Source: a bacterium (GTDB lineage Bacteria; UBA8248). From it: a stretch of 64,000 bases of DNA. Every line of letters starts with the position of its first letter. Positions within the stretch are counted from its first letter, which is position 1. A program made the translations under genes and the position numbers. Below the pieces are notes generated by a model. The model made no database searches and was not told where the DNA came from. It saw only the letters and a list, made by a program, of their open reading frames with translations. The stretch is from NCBI GenBank assembly GCA_965219955.1, contig OZ244799.1:2912001-2976000 (forward strand), written 5' to 3'. Of the stretch, positions 1 to 10,109 are shown piece by piece.

Positions 1-2646
1 ATAATGCGTCCAGCTGTGAAAATGCGGCGCGGGCGGGCGGCCCGTTATCAGCGTCGTCTCGAAGCCTTGGCGGCGGAGCGCATCGCCCGGGTTCTCCCCG
101 TCGGGTTGAACGATTCTGGCGGCGCGGGAACCCGTGGGCGCCTTGGAGAAGGGGGAGATGACTTCCATGTCATCGTCTCCGTGTTCATATTCGAGATAGG
201 GCAGCCCCAGGAGATTCTCTTTCTCGCTGTAAAATTCCGGCAACGCCGAGAGTCCTACTTTCTTGAATTTTTCCTCCAACGCTTCCGTCCAGAACTCGAG
301 CCGCCCGCTCGGCGTCGGGAAGCGTTTGCCTTCGGGCTGCCCGGTGGCGGTCGTTCCCTCCAGATAAAGCGTCTCCTGCTCGGGGGCGTCCTCGCTCGCG
401 ACGGGAAAGCGCACCCACCGGTAGGGAACCGAGTGGAGCCGCTTCTGCGTCACGCCGCGCAGGAAATCGTTGTCGATGCACATCTCGTCCCAGAACCTGC
501 CCGGGTCCTTGTATTCCTCTTTCATGACGTCGCCGAAGCCAAGGCGCCTTCCGAGTTCCGTCCATATCCAGCCGTCGGGCTTCGCCTCTCCCGGCGGGTC
601 GATCATCTTGTCTATCCAGACGACTCTCCTGTCGTCGTTCGTGCGGCCCGGCTCGCCTTTCTCGATCCCGCCCGCCGCGGGCAGCACGTAATCCGCATAG
701 GCCGAGGTTTCGTTCGCGAACAGCTCGATGTGGACGATGAGGTCGAGCGCTTTGAACGCCGCGCGCGCCTCATCCTGACCCGGCCATTGCGCCAGCGGGT
801 TGTTGCACGTGATGAGGCCTTTAATCGGATACGGCCTGCCCTCGCGCATGGCGCTCAGCCAGCCCGCCGGACTCCTGCGCACCATCGGCTTCCTGATTTC
901 CGCCTTCCTGTGCTCCGGCGCGTTGGCGGCGATGGGCGGGCCCGCCGTCATGTTCACGTAGGCGCCGCCCTTGCGGCCCCAGTTCCCCGTTATCGCGGCG
1001 AGGAACATGAACGTCCGGTTGGTCTGCACCGAGTTGGTGTGCTGGTTGAGTCCCCGGCTCCCGAAGATGACGCAGCCGTCCGCCTTGGCCACGTCCCCGG
1101 CGAGCGCGCGAATCTCATCCGCCGCTATGCCGGTGATGGCTTCCGCCCAATCGGGGGAATAGCCTTTTTCGATAATGAAATCGCGCCAGCGCTCCCAGCC
1201 CAGCACCCATTCGTCGCAGAAACGCGCATCGTGCAAATTTTCAGAGAGAATATGGTGCGCCATGGCGAGGCCGAGGGCCATGTCGGTGCCCGGGCGGATG
1301 GCGAGCCACTTGTCCGCCTTGCTCGCCGTCGCGGTGTATCTCGGGTCGACCACCACCATCGGGGTCTTGTTCCTGATGCGCCAGTCGTTCACCTTGCCGA
1401 AGTAGACCGGGCGCGTCTCGGCCTGGTTGTCCCCGACGTAGAGGTACATCCCGGCGCTGCCGATGTCCTCGGGCGTATAGCTGTTCCCGTTGCCGTTGAT
1501 CCCGTGCGTCACCTCGTAGGCGACCACCTTGCCCGCCGCGCAGAACGGGTCCGTCCCCTGGAGATTCGGCGTTCCCCACATCTGGCTGAACAGCCGCGCA
1601 TAGCCTTTCTGCGTAATCAGGCCCGTGCGGGTCCCGACGAACATCGCCAGCGCCTCCGTGCCCCACCGTTCTCTTAAGACTTCGAGTTTCGCGGCGATCT
1701 CATCGAGCGCCTGCTCCCAGGTGATGCGCTCGAACGCATTTTCGCCCCGGCGGCCGACGCGCTTGAGCGGGTACCTAAGGCGGTGTTCGTTGTGGTGGAG
1801 CTGCAGCGTGAACTGCGCCTTGGGGCAGATTTTTCCGTCCAGGACGGGGTCCTCGTCGTTCCCCGTCACGTTGATGAGCTTATCGCCCTGGAAATGAAAC
1901 TTGGCGGTGCAGCAGTTGAAGCAGAAATTACATCCCCCAGGCTCCACCCGGTCCGCCTTGAGCGCGTTTTTGTCGTGCAGGTAGGGGAAGTCGGGGCCCT
2001 TCTCCTGGAAAACGCCGTTCGCCTCGGGTGAATCCACGAACTTGGGCCGACTCGGGCTTTCAGACGAACCCGGGCCATCCGCGCCGTTCACGCGGCCGTT
2101 TTCTCTCGCGATTTTCTCCAGATATATCGTCTGCGGCTTCAGGAGAAAATGATCGTGATCCCGGAGGTGGCGCTCCTCCTCATGCGCTTTTTCGAGAAGC
2201 GTATCCCTTTCGCCGAACGAGATGGCGTAGCCCGGGCATATCTCGGCGCAGGCGGGCTCCAGATTCTTCTCCCGTCTGTCGGGGCACAAGTCGCACTTCA
2301 CCGAATGATGCCCCTGCGCGTCATAGCCCATCGCGCTGTAGGGACACGCCATGACGCATTCCCCGCAGCCCGTGCAAAGGTCTTCGTGCACCTCCACCAC
2401 GCCGGTATCGGGGTCTTTCGTGATCGCCTTGGGATGAACGGGGCAGGCCCTGAGACAGGCGGGGCGCTCGCAGTGCTGGCAGGTCAGCGTGAGGAAATCC
2501 GGCGTCCCCGTGGAGGCGTCCCCCAGCCAGACGACCTTGTTCCGGTATTCGCCGGGCCCCAGCCTGTGCTCCTGCTTGCAGGCCGCCTCGCAGCTTTTGC
2601 AGCCGAAGCACCGCTCCAGATCGATCATCAAGGCCAGCTTGCTCAA
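1..2646 (-). CDS. Molybdopterin (Mo/W-bisPGD, DMSO reductase family) oxidoreductase with N-terminally fused DmsB/NrfC-like 4Fe-4S domain; 3' end outside window
   Basis: Own translation of the - strand from TTG at 2646 (GGAG upstream), with no stop down to position 1. Motifs: CFGCKSCEAAC, CQHCERPACLRACP, CTGCGECVMACP, KCDLC..C..ICP, then CNFCFNC...ICPK (FS0), RLRYPLKR, ITWEQALDEIA, VVVDPR, IRPGTD, ADYVLPAA. Absent from the ORF track because it has no stop codon in the window. Confidence 0.9.
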   Translation of the reverse strand, partial: MSKLALMIDLERCFGCKSCEAACKQEHRLGPGEYRNKVVWLGDASTGTPDFLTLTCQHCERPACLRACPVHPKAITKDPDTGVVEVHEDLCTGCGECVMACPYSAMGYDAQGHHSVKCDLCPDRREKNLEPACAEICPGYAISFGERDTLLEKAHEEERHLRDHDHFLLKPQTIYLEKIARENGRVNGADGPGSSESPSRPKFVDSPEANGVFQEKGPDFPYLHDKNALKADRVEPGGCNFCFNCCTAKFHFQGDKLINVTGNDEDPVLDGKICPKAQFTLQLHHNEHRLRYPLKRVGRRGENAFERITWEQALDEIAAKLEVLRERWGTEALAMFVGTRTGLITQKGYARLFSQMWGTPNLQGTDPFCAAGKVVAYEVTHGINGNGNSYTPEDIGSAGMYLYVGDNQAETRPVYFGKVNDWRIRNKTPMVVVDPRYTATASKADKWLAIRPGTDMALGLAMAHHILSENLHDARFCDEWVLGWERWRDFIIEKGYSPDWAEAITGIAADEIRALAGDVAKADGCVIFGSRGLNQHTNSVQTNRTFMFLAAITGNWGRKGGAYVNMTAGPPIAANAPEHRKAEIRKPMVRRSPAGWLSAMREGRPYPIKGLITCNNPLAQWPGQDEARAAFKALDLIVHIELFANETSAYADYVLPAAGGIEKGEPGRTNDDRRVVWIDKMIDPPGEAKPDGWIWTELGRRLGFGDVMKEEYKDPGRFWDEMCIDNDFLRGVTQKRLHSVPYRWVRFPVASEDAPEQETLYLEGTTATGQPEGKRFPTPSGRLEFWTEALEEKFKKVGLSALPEFYSEKENLLGLPYLEYEHGDDDMEVISPFSKAPTGSRAARIVQPDGENPGDALRRQGFETTLITGRPPAPHFHSWTHY

Positions 2647-2719
2647 GAGTCACTCCTTGAAGAGGGGTGTCGAAAAGGCCCCACGGAGGGAGCGCGTTGA
2701 ATTTCACTCCCCCCTTGAG

Positions 2720-3030
2720 GGGGCTGTTGAAAAACCCCTGCAATGACGAGATTGCCGTCATTCCGGCGAAAGCCGGAATCCATTTTCAGGCAGAATGATA
2801 ATACTGCGGCTTTTCATCTCCTCGTCATTGGCGCGAATCGATCAGAAAACCAAGAACAAAGGCAAAACAAATGGATTCCGGCTTTCGCCGGAATGACGAA
2901 CAAAACCGCACCATCTCGTAGGGACAGGCCTCCGTGCCTGTCCTGACGGCAACCATCCCGCAAAGGACAACCACAGAGGGTTGTCCCTACAACCACCATT
3001 CCTCCTTTATCAAACTTTTTCAACAACCCC
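2720..3030. mobile_element. Non-autonomous MITE-like element with GGGGYTGTTGAAAAA terminal inverted repeats, carrying REP palindromes
   Basis: ggggctgttgaaaaa (2720) ... tttttcaacaacccc (3030). Encloses an inverted pair gtcattccggcgaaagccggaatcca / tggattccggctttcgccggaatgac and an inverted pair of GTAG-REPs. Confidence 0.6.
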
Positions 3031-3080
3031 GTACCCGCCCCCTCCGCAGGCAGATTTCCCCAACAACCCGGACGCGCGGG

Positions 3081-3854
3081 CTACCACTTCGTCAGGTGCC
3101 ACCAGTATACCTCTCCACCGCCCGAGACATAACCGGCGAAAAAGGTGACGGTGACGACGTGCCCCGCAATACCGAGAACGAAGGCGAACGCCAAAACGAT
3201 GTGAACCATCCGCCAGTACGCCTGAGCGGCAGAAACGCCTGCGCGGGTGCCCAGCAACCTGTTTTCCCGGCCGATCAACCGGGCGTAGGCGAACGTGAGC
3301 GCGGGCCTTGAGAACCAGTGCTTGAGCCTGGGAGAAAAGGTGCCCTCGTCCGCTCCCGGTTCGAGCCTCGATAATACGGACTCTTTCTCTTCGATGAGGC
3401 GGGCCAGCCGCTCCCGGTCTTCGGAACCGGGCGGGGAGAAGGATTGCTCCCTCGAGGCGAACGTGGCCGACATCTGCCTGGAAATGCGGACGCGCGCCCA
3501 CACGCCCAGGACCACCAGAAGCAAAAGCGCTGCGAGCAAAAGCGCCGGCGCATAGCGGAGAAACCCGCCCGAGTGGACCGTCACCAGCACGCCGCCCAGG
3601 GTGGCCGTCACGACATGGGCGGAGAACCAGCCGAGGGGAGAGCCGCCGACGCCCGTCCGCTTCGTGACCACGAATACCAGGGACACGCACAGGAGGAGCG
3701 TCCCCGCGACGCCGAACAGGTACAGCGTCGGGGAACCCGGCAGATGCCACTCGCGCGGTAATTCGTGCTGGAACGCGAAGAAGGTGACCAGAACGACAGC
3801 CGCCGCGAAGAGGAGATACGCAAGCAGCCTGTCGCCGATATCGAGTCGTCTCAT
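3081..3854 (-). CDS. Integral membrane protein with His residues in hydrophobic helices (possible heme-b/redox partner)
   Basis: About 6 hydrophobic segments with WFSAHVV, VTVHSGG, WRMVHIV, AGHVV; immediately downstream of greA. Confidence 0.65.
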   Translation of the reverse strand: MRRLDIGDRLLAYLLFAAAVVLVTFFAFQHELPREWHLPGSPTLYLFGVAGTLLLCVSLVFVVTKRTGVGGSPLGWFSAHVVTATLGGVLVTVHSGGFLRYAPALLLAALLLLVVLGVWARVRISRQMSATFASREQSFSPPGSEDRERLARLIEEKESVLSRLEPGADEGTFSPRLKHWFSRPALTFAYARLIGRENRLLGTRAGVSAAQAYWRMVHIVLAFAFVLGIAGHVVTVTFFAGYVSGGGEVYWWHLTKW

Positions 3855-3859
3855 GAAAA

Positions 3860-4339
3860 TCAGGGAAATTCGATTTTTTCGACGTCCACGATCTCGAAAT
3901 TTCTCACGCCGCCGGGCAACTGAACCGCCACTTCATCGCCCGGCTCTTTCTGCATGAGCCCGCGCGAGAGCGGCGCGCTGAAGGATATGATTCCGTTGGG
4001 GAGGTCGCTTTCCTCCTCGCCCAGTATCTCGTAGGTCAGCTCTTCGTTCTTGTCCAGGTCGAAGAGCGTGACTTTTGTGCCGATGGTCACCTTATCGCCC
4101 GCGATGGGGAGTTCCTCGATCACGCTCGCCTCGCGGATCTTGTCCATGATCCGGCTCACCTCGTTCTTGAGGTTGCCCTGCAACTCGATGGCGGCCTCCC
4201 ACTCGGCGTTCTCGCTCAGGTCGCCCAGGCTCGCCGCCTTGCCGATTTCCTTGGAGACCTCGTGCTTCAGGCGATATTGAATCTGTTCGACCTTTTGCCT
4301 CAGCCCCTCGAGGCTCGCTTTGGTGATGTAATACGGCAT
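3860..4339 (-). CDS. greA: Transcription elongation factor GreA
   Basis: GDLSENAEW, VTIGTKVTL and IISFSAPLSRGL motifs; 159 aa. Confidence 0.93.
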   Translation of the reverse strand: MPYYITKASLEGLRQKVEQIQYRLKHEVSKEIGKAASLGDLSENAEWEAAIELQGNLKNEVSRIMDKIREASVIEELPIAGDKVTIGTKVTLFDLDKNEELTYEILGEEESDLPNGIISFSAPLSRGLMQKEPGDEVAVQLPGGVRNFEIVDVEKIEFP

Positions 4340-4379
4340 TTCTTCCTCATCCGGCGTTGAAATAATCGAAAACCGCGCC

Positions 4380-5297
4380 TCAGGCGCCTTCCGTCATCTT
4401 TTCCTTCACCTGCTCGCGAAAGTCATACCCGGTATCCTCCACGAACGCCTCGATGAGGCGCTTCGTGACGGGCCCCGGAACCGGCGCGCTCGGCTGGAAG
4501 CTGTCGATTTCGCTCACCGGCATGGCGCAGATCGCGCTCGAGGTGATGAAGTACTCCTCCGCCTGCGCCAGGTCGTAGGTCGTCATGTCCCTTTCCTCGA
4601 CGGCGATCCCCAGGCGCGCGGCCAGTTCGAAAACCGCGATGCGGGTCACCCCCTGCAGGATGTTCCGCTCATGCGGCGTCCAGAGCGCGCCGTCTTTCAC
4701 CATGAAGAAATTGGCGGACGAGTTTTCCGCCACGTTCCCCCGAACGTCGAGCATCAGGGACAGGGAACCGGATGCGGCGGCGTCCAGTTCCGCCAGAATC
4801 TGGTTCATCTTGCTCGTCACCTTGGCCCTCGTCTCGATGCACTCGGGCGGATTGCGCCGCGTGGGCGTAATCGCCAGCCGCACGCCGTTCAGATACCGCT
4901 CCGCGAAAGAGGTGACGTTCACGGGCCGCCAGAAGATAAAGACCGAAGCGGGCCCCGCCGCGCCCGCCGCCATGGAGGGGTCGTCATACCCGCGCGTCAC
5001 CCAGTGGCCGACGCGGTACATGGCGCCTTCTTCCAGACGGCACAGGTTCGACTCCAGGGTGGCTAGCGTCGCCTGCTTCATTTCCTCCTGGCTTAATCCT
5101 ACGTCGATACGCACATACTTGAGCGAGCGATAGATGCGGTCGAGATGATCGTCGAGCCGGTAGAGCTTTCCATCGAAACAGGGCGTGACCTCGTACACCC
5201 CGTCGCCCCAGAGGAAGCCGCGATCGAAGGGCGATATCCTGGCGCTGTTCTCTTCCATGATCTCACCGTTGAGATAGACGAATCGCTCACCGGGCAT
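4380..5297 (-). CDS. Aminotransferase class IV (branched-chain/D-amino acid type)
   Basis: ISPFDRGFLWGDGVYE, ENSSANFF and ILQGVTR motifs. Confidence 0.9.
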   Translation of the reverse strand: MPGERFVYLNGEIMEENSARISPFDRGFLWGDGVYEVTPCFDGKLYRLDDHLDRIYRSLKYVRIDVGLSQEEMKQATLATLESNLCRLEEGAMYRVGHWVTRGYDDPSMAAGAAGPASVFIFWRPVNVTSFAERYLNGVRLAITPTRRNPPECIETRAKVTSKMNQILAELDAAASGSLSLMLDVRGNVAENSSANFFMVKDGALWTPHERNILQGVTRIAVFELAARLGIAVEERDMTTYDLAQAEEYFITSSAICAMPVSEIDSFQPSAPVPGPVTKRLIEAFVEDTGYDFREQVKEKMTEGA

Positions 5298-5459
5298 CGG
5301 GCACTCCTCCCATGCGCATCAACAAAGAAAGGCCGGCCCGGATCGAGGGGCACAGCCGCGTGTAAAATGAAATTTCATCCTACATAGGGGCATCTTATAA
5401 AAGAAAACGCCGGAGAGCAAAATCGTTCCGGGAAATTCCGCGGCCCGTCTTGAAAAGCA

Positions 5460-6475
5460 CCCCCCCTACCCCCCCTTGTCGGGGGGGCAAAAAAACAAAG
5501 CCCCTGATAAGAGTTGGGGAGGTACTACATCGACGAGGGGGCAAGAAAAAACAAAAGCCCCTCTACCGGCGGTGGACGTCGCCTTTTCATACCCCCCTGA
5601 CAAGGGGGGGTAGGGGGGGGTGCTTTTATTCCCTGACAAGGGAGGTTGAACAACCCCGATGAGAGAGGATTCACTCCCCCCTTGAGGGTCGGCCTTTCCT
5701 CCTCGGGAAGGCCGACGAAGAGCTGAGGGCGTAAACCCGAAAGCGATTCGGTGGGGGGTATAATTCGCAATGGCAATAAACGCATTTTACCCCCCACCGC
5801 ATCAGCCTTCGCAAAAAACGCTCGGCTTCTGTCGGGCTTTCCCCTCGGGAAGCCCGACCCCCTCAAGGGGGGAGTTGATTTGAAATTCTCCTCGGTGGTG
5901 AGAGTCTCCATAGGGGGCGCTTGCCAAACAAAGACGGGCGGACACACCGTCAGACATATATGTCTGACCCCTACGATCCGAAAACCGCAGATTGCCGTCA
6001 TTCCGGCGAAAGCCGGAATCCATTTTATGATTTTTGCTTTCGTTTTCGCATTTGATTCCGACTCGCGGGAGGGAGCGCCGCGCCCGAATCCGGAACGGAT
6101 GAGGTGGATATATATGGCGGCGTCCGTATCTTCCCCGGCCGGGAGAGAGGGCGTCCGGGCGAAAGGCAAAGGCGAAAATGGATTCCGTCGAACCCTCCCG
6201 CATTGGTCGGCTCCGACACCGGAATGACGAACGAAACCCCACCGCCTCACCCTGAGTAGCGGCGAAGCCGCGTATCGAAGGGCCTGCGCCGATGCGTTCA
6301 TGATACGCCCTTTTTGACCTTTCCATCCTTCGATACGGCGCTGACGCGCCTACTCAGGATGAGGGGTGTCGGGCAACGGCGGAGCCTGCCCCGAGCGAAG
6401 TCGAGGGGCCGTTACACAAGACGAGGGAGATAAAACAAAGCCCCCCAGACAAGGGGGACTTTTCCAACAACCCCG
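5460..6475. repeat. REP/BIME-like mosaic of several palindrome families
   Basis: cccccctacccccttgtc units, an ACTCCCCCCTTGAGGG..CCCTCAAGGGGGGAGT element (5673-5875), a gtcattccggcgaaagccggaatcca pair, and a tcaccctgagtag..gtatcgaaggg / ccttcgatac..ctactcaggatga pair; all recur elsewhere in the window. Confidence 0.85.
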
Positions 6476-6491
6476 AACAGGCTGAACCCGC

Positions 6492-8084
6492 TCAATCCTC
6501 CCTCCCCCAACCGCCGCCGCCGGGCGTTTCCAGGCGTATCCTGTCCCCGCGCTTCGCCGAGAGGCGGGCCTTGCCGGGAAATTCCTGCGTTTCATCCGCC
6601 CGGATGAGCGAGTTTCTTCCCTTCGTGCCGGGCTCCCCGCCGTTCAGGGGCCAGGGAGGCTTCTCCCGCCTTTCCGTCATGAACGAGACGGTGGCGTCGC
6701 CCAGGAGTTCGATCTCGCGGATGATGCCGTCGCCGCCGCGGTGTTTCCCCCCGCCGCCGCTGCCCCGGCGGACGGTGTAGCGGCTCACGCGGAAGGGATA
6801 GGCGTGCTCCAAAGCTTCGATGGGGGTGTTCAGGGTGTTCGTGAGATGGGTGTGGATGGCGTCCTCGCCTGCGCCCCAGGGGCCGCCGCCCATGCCGCCG
6901 CCCGTGGTCTCATAATACGCATAAGGACGTCCCTGCCGGGGTCCCGCGCGGTGGTCCAGCCCCCCCACCGTCAGGTTGTTCATCGTGCCGCACGAGGCGG
7001 CGGGTATCTTGCCGGGACAGGCCTTCGCGAGGGCGCCGAGTATCACGTCCACCATTCGCTGGCTCGTCTCCACGTTTCCGCCCGCCACGGCGGCGGGGAA
7101 CTCGGCGTTCACCACGGTTCCAGAAGGTGCTATCACCTCGATGGGGTCCATGCAGCCCGAGTTGTTCGGGATGTCATAGGGCACCAGACAGCGCAGGGCG
7201 TAGTACGCCGCCGTGCGGGCGATGGACTCCACGGCGTTCACGCTGCCCTGGGTCTGCGGGGCGGAGCCGGTGTAATCGACGCGCATCTTCGAGCCGCGCA
7301 CCGTGATCTCCACCCGTATCGGAACAGGCCCGCTGCCGAAACCGTCGTCGTCCATAAAATCCTCGAAACCATACCGCCCGTCGGGTATGTCGCGTATCAC
7401 CGCCTTGGTGAGCCGCTCGGAATATCTTTGCAGCTCGGCCGTGTAGCGCAGCGTCTCGGCCAGGCCGTGGCGCTCGATGATCTCGAGAATCCGCCGCTCC
7501 CCCACGCGGTTCGCCGCGATCTGGGCGGCGATGTCTCCCCTGCGCTCCTCGGCCGTGCGCACGTTCGCGAGGATGAGCGCGAACACGTCTTCCTGCATCA
7601 CACCCGCGCGCACGAGCTTCACCGGCGGGATGACCACGCCATCCTGGAAAATTTCGGTCGTGATGCTCATGGAACCCGGCGCGATGCCGCCCACGTCGGC
7701 ATGGTGCGCCCGGTTGGCGACGTAATAGATGAGTTTCTCGCGTCCCCGTTCCGTTCCGTACACTGGTGAGATCATGGTGATGTCCGGCAGGTGGTTGCCT
7801 CCGCGAAAGGGGTCGTTCAGCACGACCACGTCGCCCGGATCGAGCGTCATGCGCTCGATGACGTATTCCACCGACATCGGCATGGAGCCCAGGTGGGCGG
7901 GCAGGTGCGCCGCCTGCGCCGCCATCCGGCCCGCCGCGTCGAAGACCGCGCACGAATAGTCCTTGCGCTCCTTGATGTTGGGGGAGAACGAGGAGCGGCA
8001 GAGCGCCACGCCCATCTCTTCCGAGGCCGCGAACAAGAGGTTTCGGAAAACTTCCAGGAGTATCGGATCGTAAGTATTCGCCAT
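6492..8084 (-). CDS. Hydantoinase B / 5-oxoprolinase family protein
   Basis: FSPNIKERKDYSCAVFD, LNDPFRGGNHLPD, AHHADVGG and LETPGGGGWG motifs. Confidence 0.93.
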   Translation of the reverse strand: MANTYDPILLEVFRNLLFAASEEMGVALCRSSFSPNIKERKDYSCAVFDAAGRMAAQAAHLPAHLGSMPMSVEYVIERMTLDPGDVVVLNDPFRGGNHLPDITMISPVYGTERGREKLIYYVANRAHHADVGGIAPGSMSITTEIFQDGVVIPPVKLVRAGVMQEDVFALILANVRTAEERRGDIAAQIAANRVGERRILEIIERHGLAETLRYTAELQRYSERLTKAVIRDIPDGRYGFEDFMDDDGFGSGPVPIRVEITVRGSKMRVDYTGSAPQTQGSVNAVESIARTAAYYALRCLVPYDIPNNSGCMDPIEVIAPSGTVVNAEFPAAVAGGNVETSQRMVDVILGALAKACPGKIPAASCGTMNNLTVGGLDHRAGPRQGRPYAYYETTGGGMGGGPWGAGEDAIHTHLTNTLNTPIEALEHAYPFRVSRYTVRRGSGGGGKHRGGDGIIREIELLGDATVSFMTERREKPPWPLNGGEPGTKGRNSLIRADETQEFPGKARLSAKRGDRIRLETPGGGGWGRED

Positions 8085-8093
8085 CGCGTCCTC

Positions 8094-10109
8094 TCAGCCC
8101 GAGTTCTTGAGCACGAGGTTGCCCCACTCGTCCACCCGGCATTCCCAGCCCGGCGGGACGACCGTCGTGGCGCTGAACTCGCACACGAGCGCCGGCCCCT
8201 CGAAGCGGTTCCCGCGGGAAAATTCATCCCGCGCATAGGCGGAACCCTCGACTTCCCTGCCCCCAAAAATCATCTTTTGCTTTCCCATCACGGCATGGGC
8301 AACGCTCTTTCGAGCCTTCGGAAGCCGCTTCGCGGGCGGACGCTCCACTTCGCCTGTGCCCCGCACCCTCAACGTCACGACTTCGACCGCGCTCTCGGGG
8401 CTTGCGGTGCCGAAGCGCTCGTCGTGCAACGCATCGAACGCCGCCCGGAGGCTCTCGCGGAGGTCCACGCCCGTCTCGGGCCGGTAGGGAAGCGTCAGCT
8501 CATACGACTGCCCGAGATAGCGCATGTCGATGAAGAGCGAAAAGGCGGGCTTTGCGAATCCCTCGAACTTGAGGTCCTCGCGCCCTTTTTGCAGCAAGGG
8601 CGAAAAATGGCTCGCGAGCGCTCTCTTGTTCAATCCCGCCAGCGGCAGGAGCACCGTCCGGGCGTAGTCCTTCACCACGTCGGCCGTCAGCATGCCGCGT
8701 GCGGAGAGAATGCCCGGGTCACCCGGGACGACGACATGCGGAATCCCCAGTATCTCGGCCAGGGAGCAGGCGTGCATCGCCCCCGCGCCGCCGAAGGAGA
8801 TGAGGGCGAACCGGCGCGGGTCGTGGCCCCGCTCCACGCTGATCAGGCGGATCGCGCCCGCCATGTGCTGGTTGGCGACGCGGACCACGCCCTCCGCCGC
8901 CTGCCGGTCGTCGAGCCGCAGGGACTTCGCCAGGCGCGCGATACCGGCCTTCACCGGCTCCATGTCGAGCGCCATCCGGCCGCCCAGGAACTGTTCGGGG
9001 TCGAGGCGGCCCAGGAACAGGTTCGCGTCCGTGACGGTCACCTGATCCCCCTTGCCGTAGCATATCGGGCCGGGGTCTGCGCCCGCGCTCTGGGGCCCGA
9101 CGGCCAGCGCGCCGCCCGGATCGACCCGTGCGATGGAGCCGCCGCCCGCGCCCACCGTGTGGATGTCGATGAGGGGGACCCGGATCGGGCAGCCGGCCAC
9201 CTCGGTCTCCGCCGTGAAGCCGACCCCGCCGTGCAGCAGGGAGACGTCCGTGCTCGTGCCGCCCATGTCGAACGCGATGGCGCTCTCGAACCCCGCCCGT
9301 TTCGCCACCTCATAGGCGCCCACGACGCCGCCGGCGGGGCCTGAAAGAATCGTCCGGATGGCCTCCTCGCCCGCCATCGTGCTCGAAATGACGCCGCCGT
9401 TGCTCTGCATGACCCGCAAGCGGCCGGAACCCAGGCGCGACTCCAAATCCTTCAAGTACCTGTTCATCATGGGCGACACGTAGGCGTTCACGCACGTGGT
9501 GCTCATCCGCTCGTATTCCCGGAACTCGGGCAGCACCTGGCTGGACATCGACACGTGGATGCCGCTCCGCCGGACCGCGTCGGCCACCTTCTCTTCATGA
9601 GCGGGGTTCGCGTAAGAATGGAGCAGGCAGATGGCGACGGACTCGACGCCCGCTTCTTTAAGTTTCCCTCCCAGCGCTCTTACGTCCGAAGCCTTCAGGC
9701 GGAGGAGTTCGCCGCCCTTTTCATCGAGGCGCTCCGCCACGCCCATCCTGAGATCCCTGGGAACAAGCGCCGGGGGCTTGCGGTACGCGAGGTCGTAGAG
9801 TTCTTTCCGGTTCTGGCGGCCGATCTCGATCAGGTCCTCGAAACCCGCCGTCGTGACGAGGGCGGTCCTGGCGCCCCGGCGGGTGAGGAGGGCGTTCGTC
9901 GCCACGGTGGAGCCATGCGTGATGTCCAGGGTGACGCCGCGGCCCTCCAGTATCTCATCCAGCCCCTGCAGGATGGCGCGCTCGGGCGCATCGGGCGTGG
10001 AGGGCACCTTGTGGACGCGCACGCGGGCGCCGTCGAACGAGATGAAATCCGTAAAGGTTCCGCCCGTGTCGACGCCGATCCGAAGCGTCTTTCTCGCGCG
10101 CCCCGGCAT
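8094..10109 (-). CDS. Hydantoinase A / 5-oxoprolinase family protein
   Basis: GVDTGGTFTD, HGSTVATNALL, LSGPAGGVVG, DMGGTSTDV and GAGGGSIA motifs. Confidence 0.93.
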   Translation of the reverse strand: MPGRARKTLRIGVDTGGTFTDFISFDGARVRVHKVPSTPDAPERAILQGLDEILEGRGVTLDITHGSTVATNALLTRRGARTALVTTAGFEDLIEIGRQNRKELYDLAYRKPPALVPRDLRMGVAERLDEKGGELLRLKASDVRALGGKLKEAGVESVAICLLHSYANPAHEEKVADAVRRSGIHVSMSSQVLPEFREYERMSTTCVNAYVSPMMNRYLKDLESRLGSGRLRVMQSNGGVISSTMAGEEAIRTILSGPAGGVVGAYEVAKRAGFESAIAFDMGGTSTDVSLLHGGVGFTAETEVAGCPIRVPLIDIHTVGAGGGSIARVDPGGALAVGPQSAGADPGPICYGKGDQVTVTDANLFLGRLDPEQFLGGRMALDMEPVKAGIARLAKSLRLDDRQAAEGVVRVANQHMAGAIRLISVERGHDPRRFALISFGGAGAMHACSLAEILGIPHVVVPGDPGILSARGMLTADVVKDYARTVLLPLAGLNKRALASHFSPLLQKGREDLKFEGFAKPAFSLFIDMRYLGQSYELTLPYRPETGVDLRESLRAAFDALHDERFGTASPESAVEVVTLRVRGTGEVERPPAKRLPKARKSVAHAVMGKQKMIFGGREVEGSAYARDEFSRGNRFEGPALVCEFSATTVVPPGWECRVDEWGNLVLKNSG

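Noticed and set aside
4-1677. 557-aa + strand ORF and similar long antisense ORFs (11203-13353, 21009-23159, 39349-41709, etc.)
   Set aside because: Shadow frames of well-supported genes on the opposite strand; typical of high-GC DNA and without motifs.
5450-6326. ORFs containing STPPLRGS..LPLKGGV or IPAKAGI peptides (also at 15.8-16.4, 19.5-20.3, 23.3-23.7, 24.9-25.2 and 26.4-27.2 kb)
   Set aside because: Translations of palindromic repeats, open on both strands; not credible proteins.
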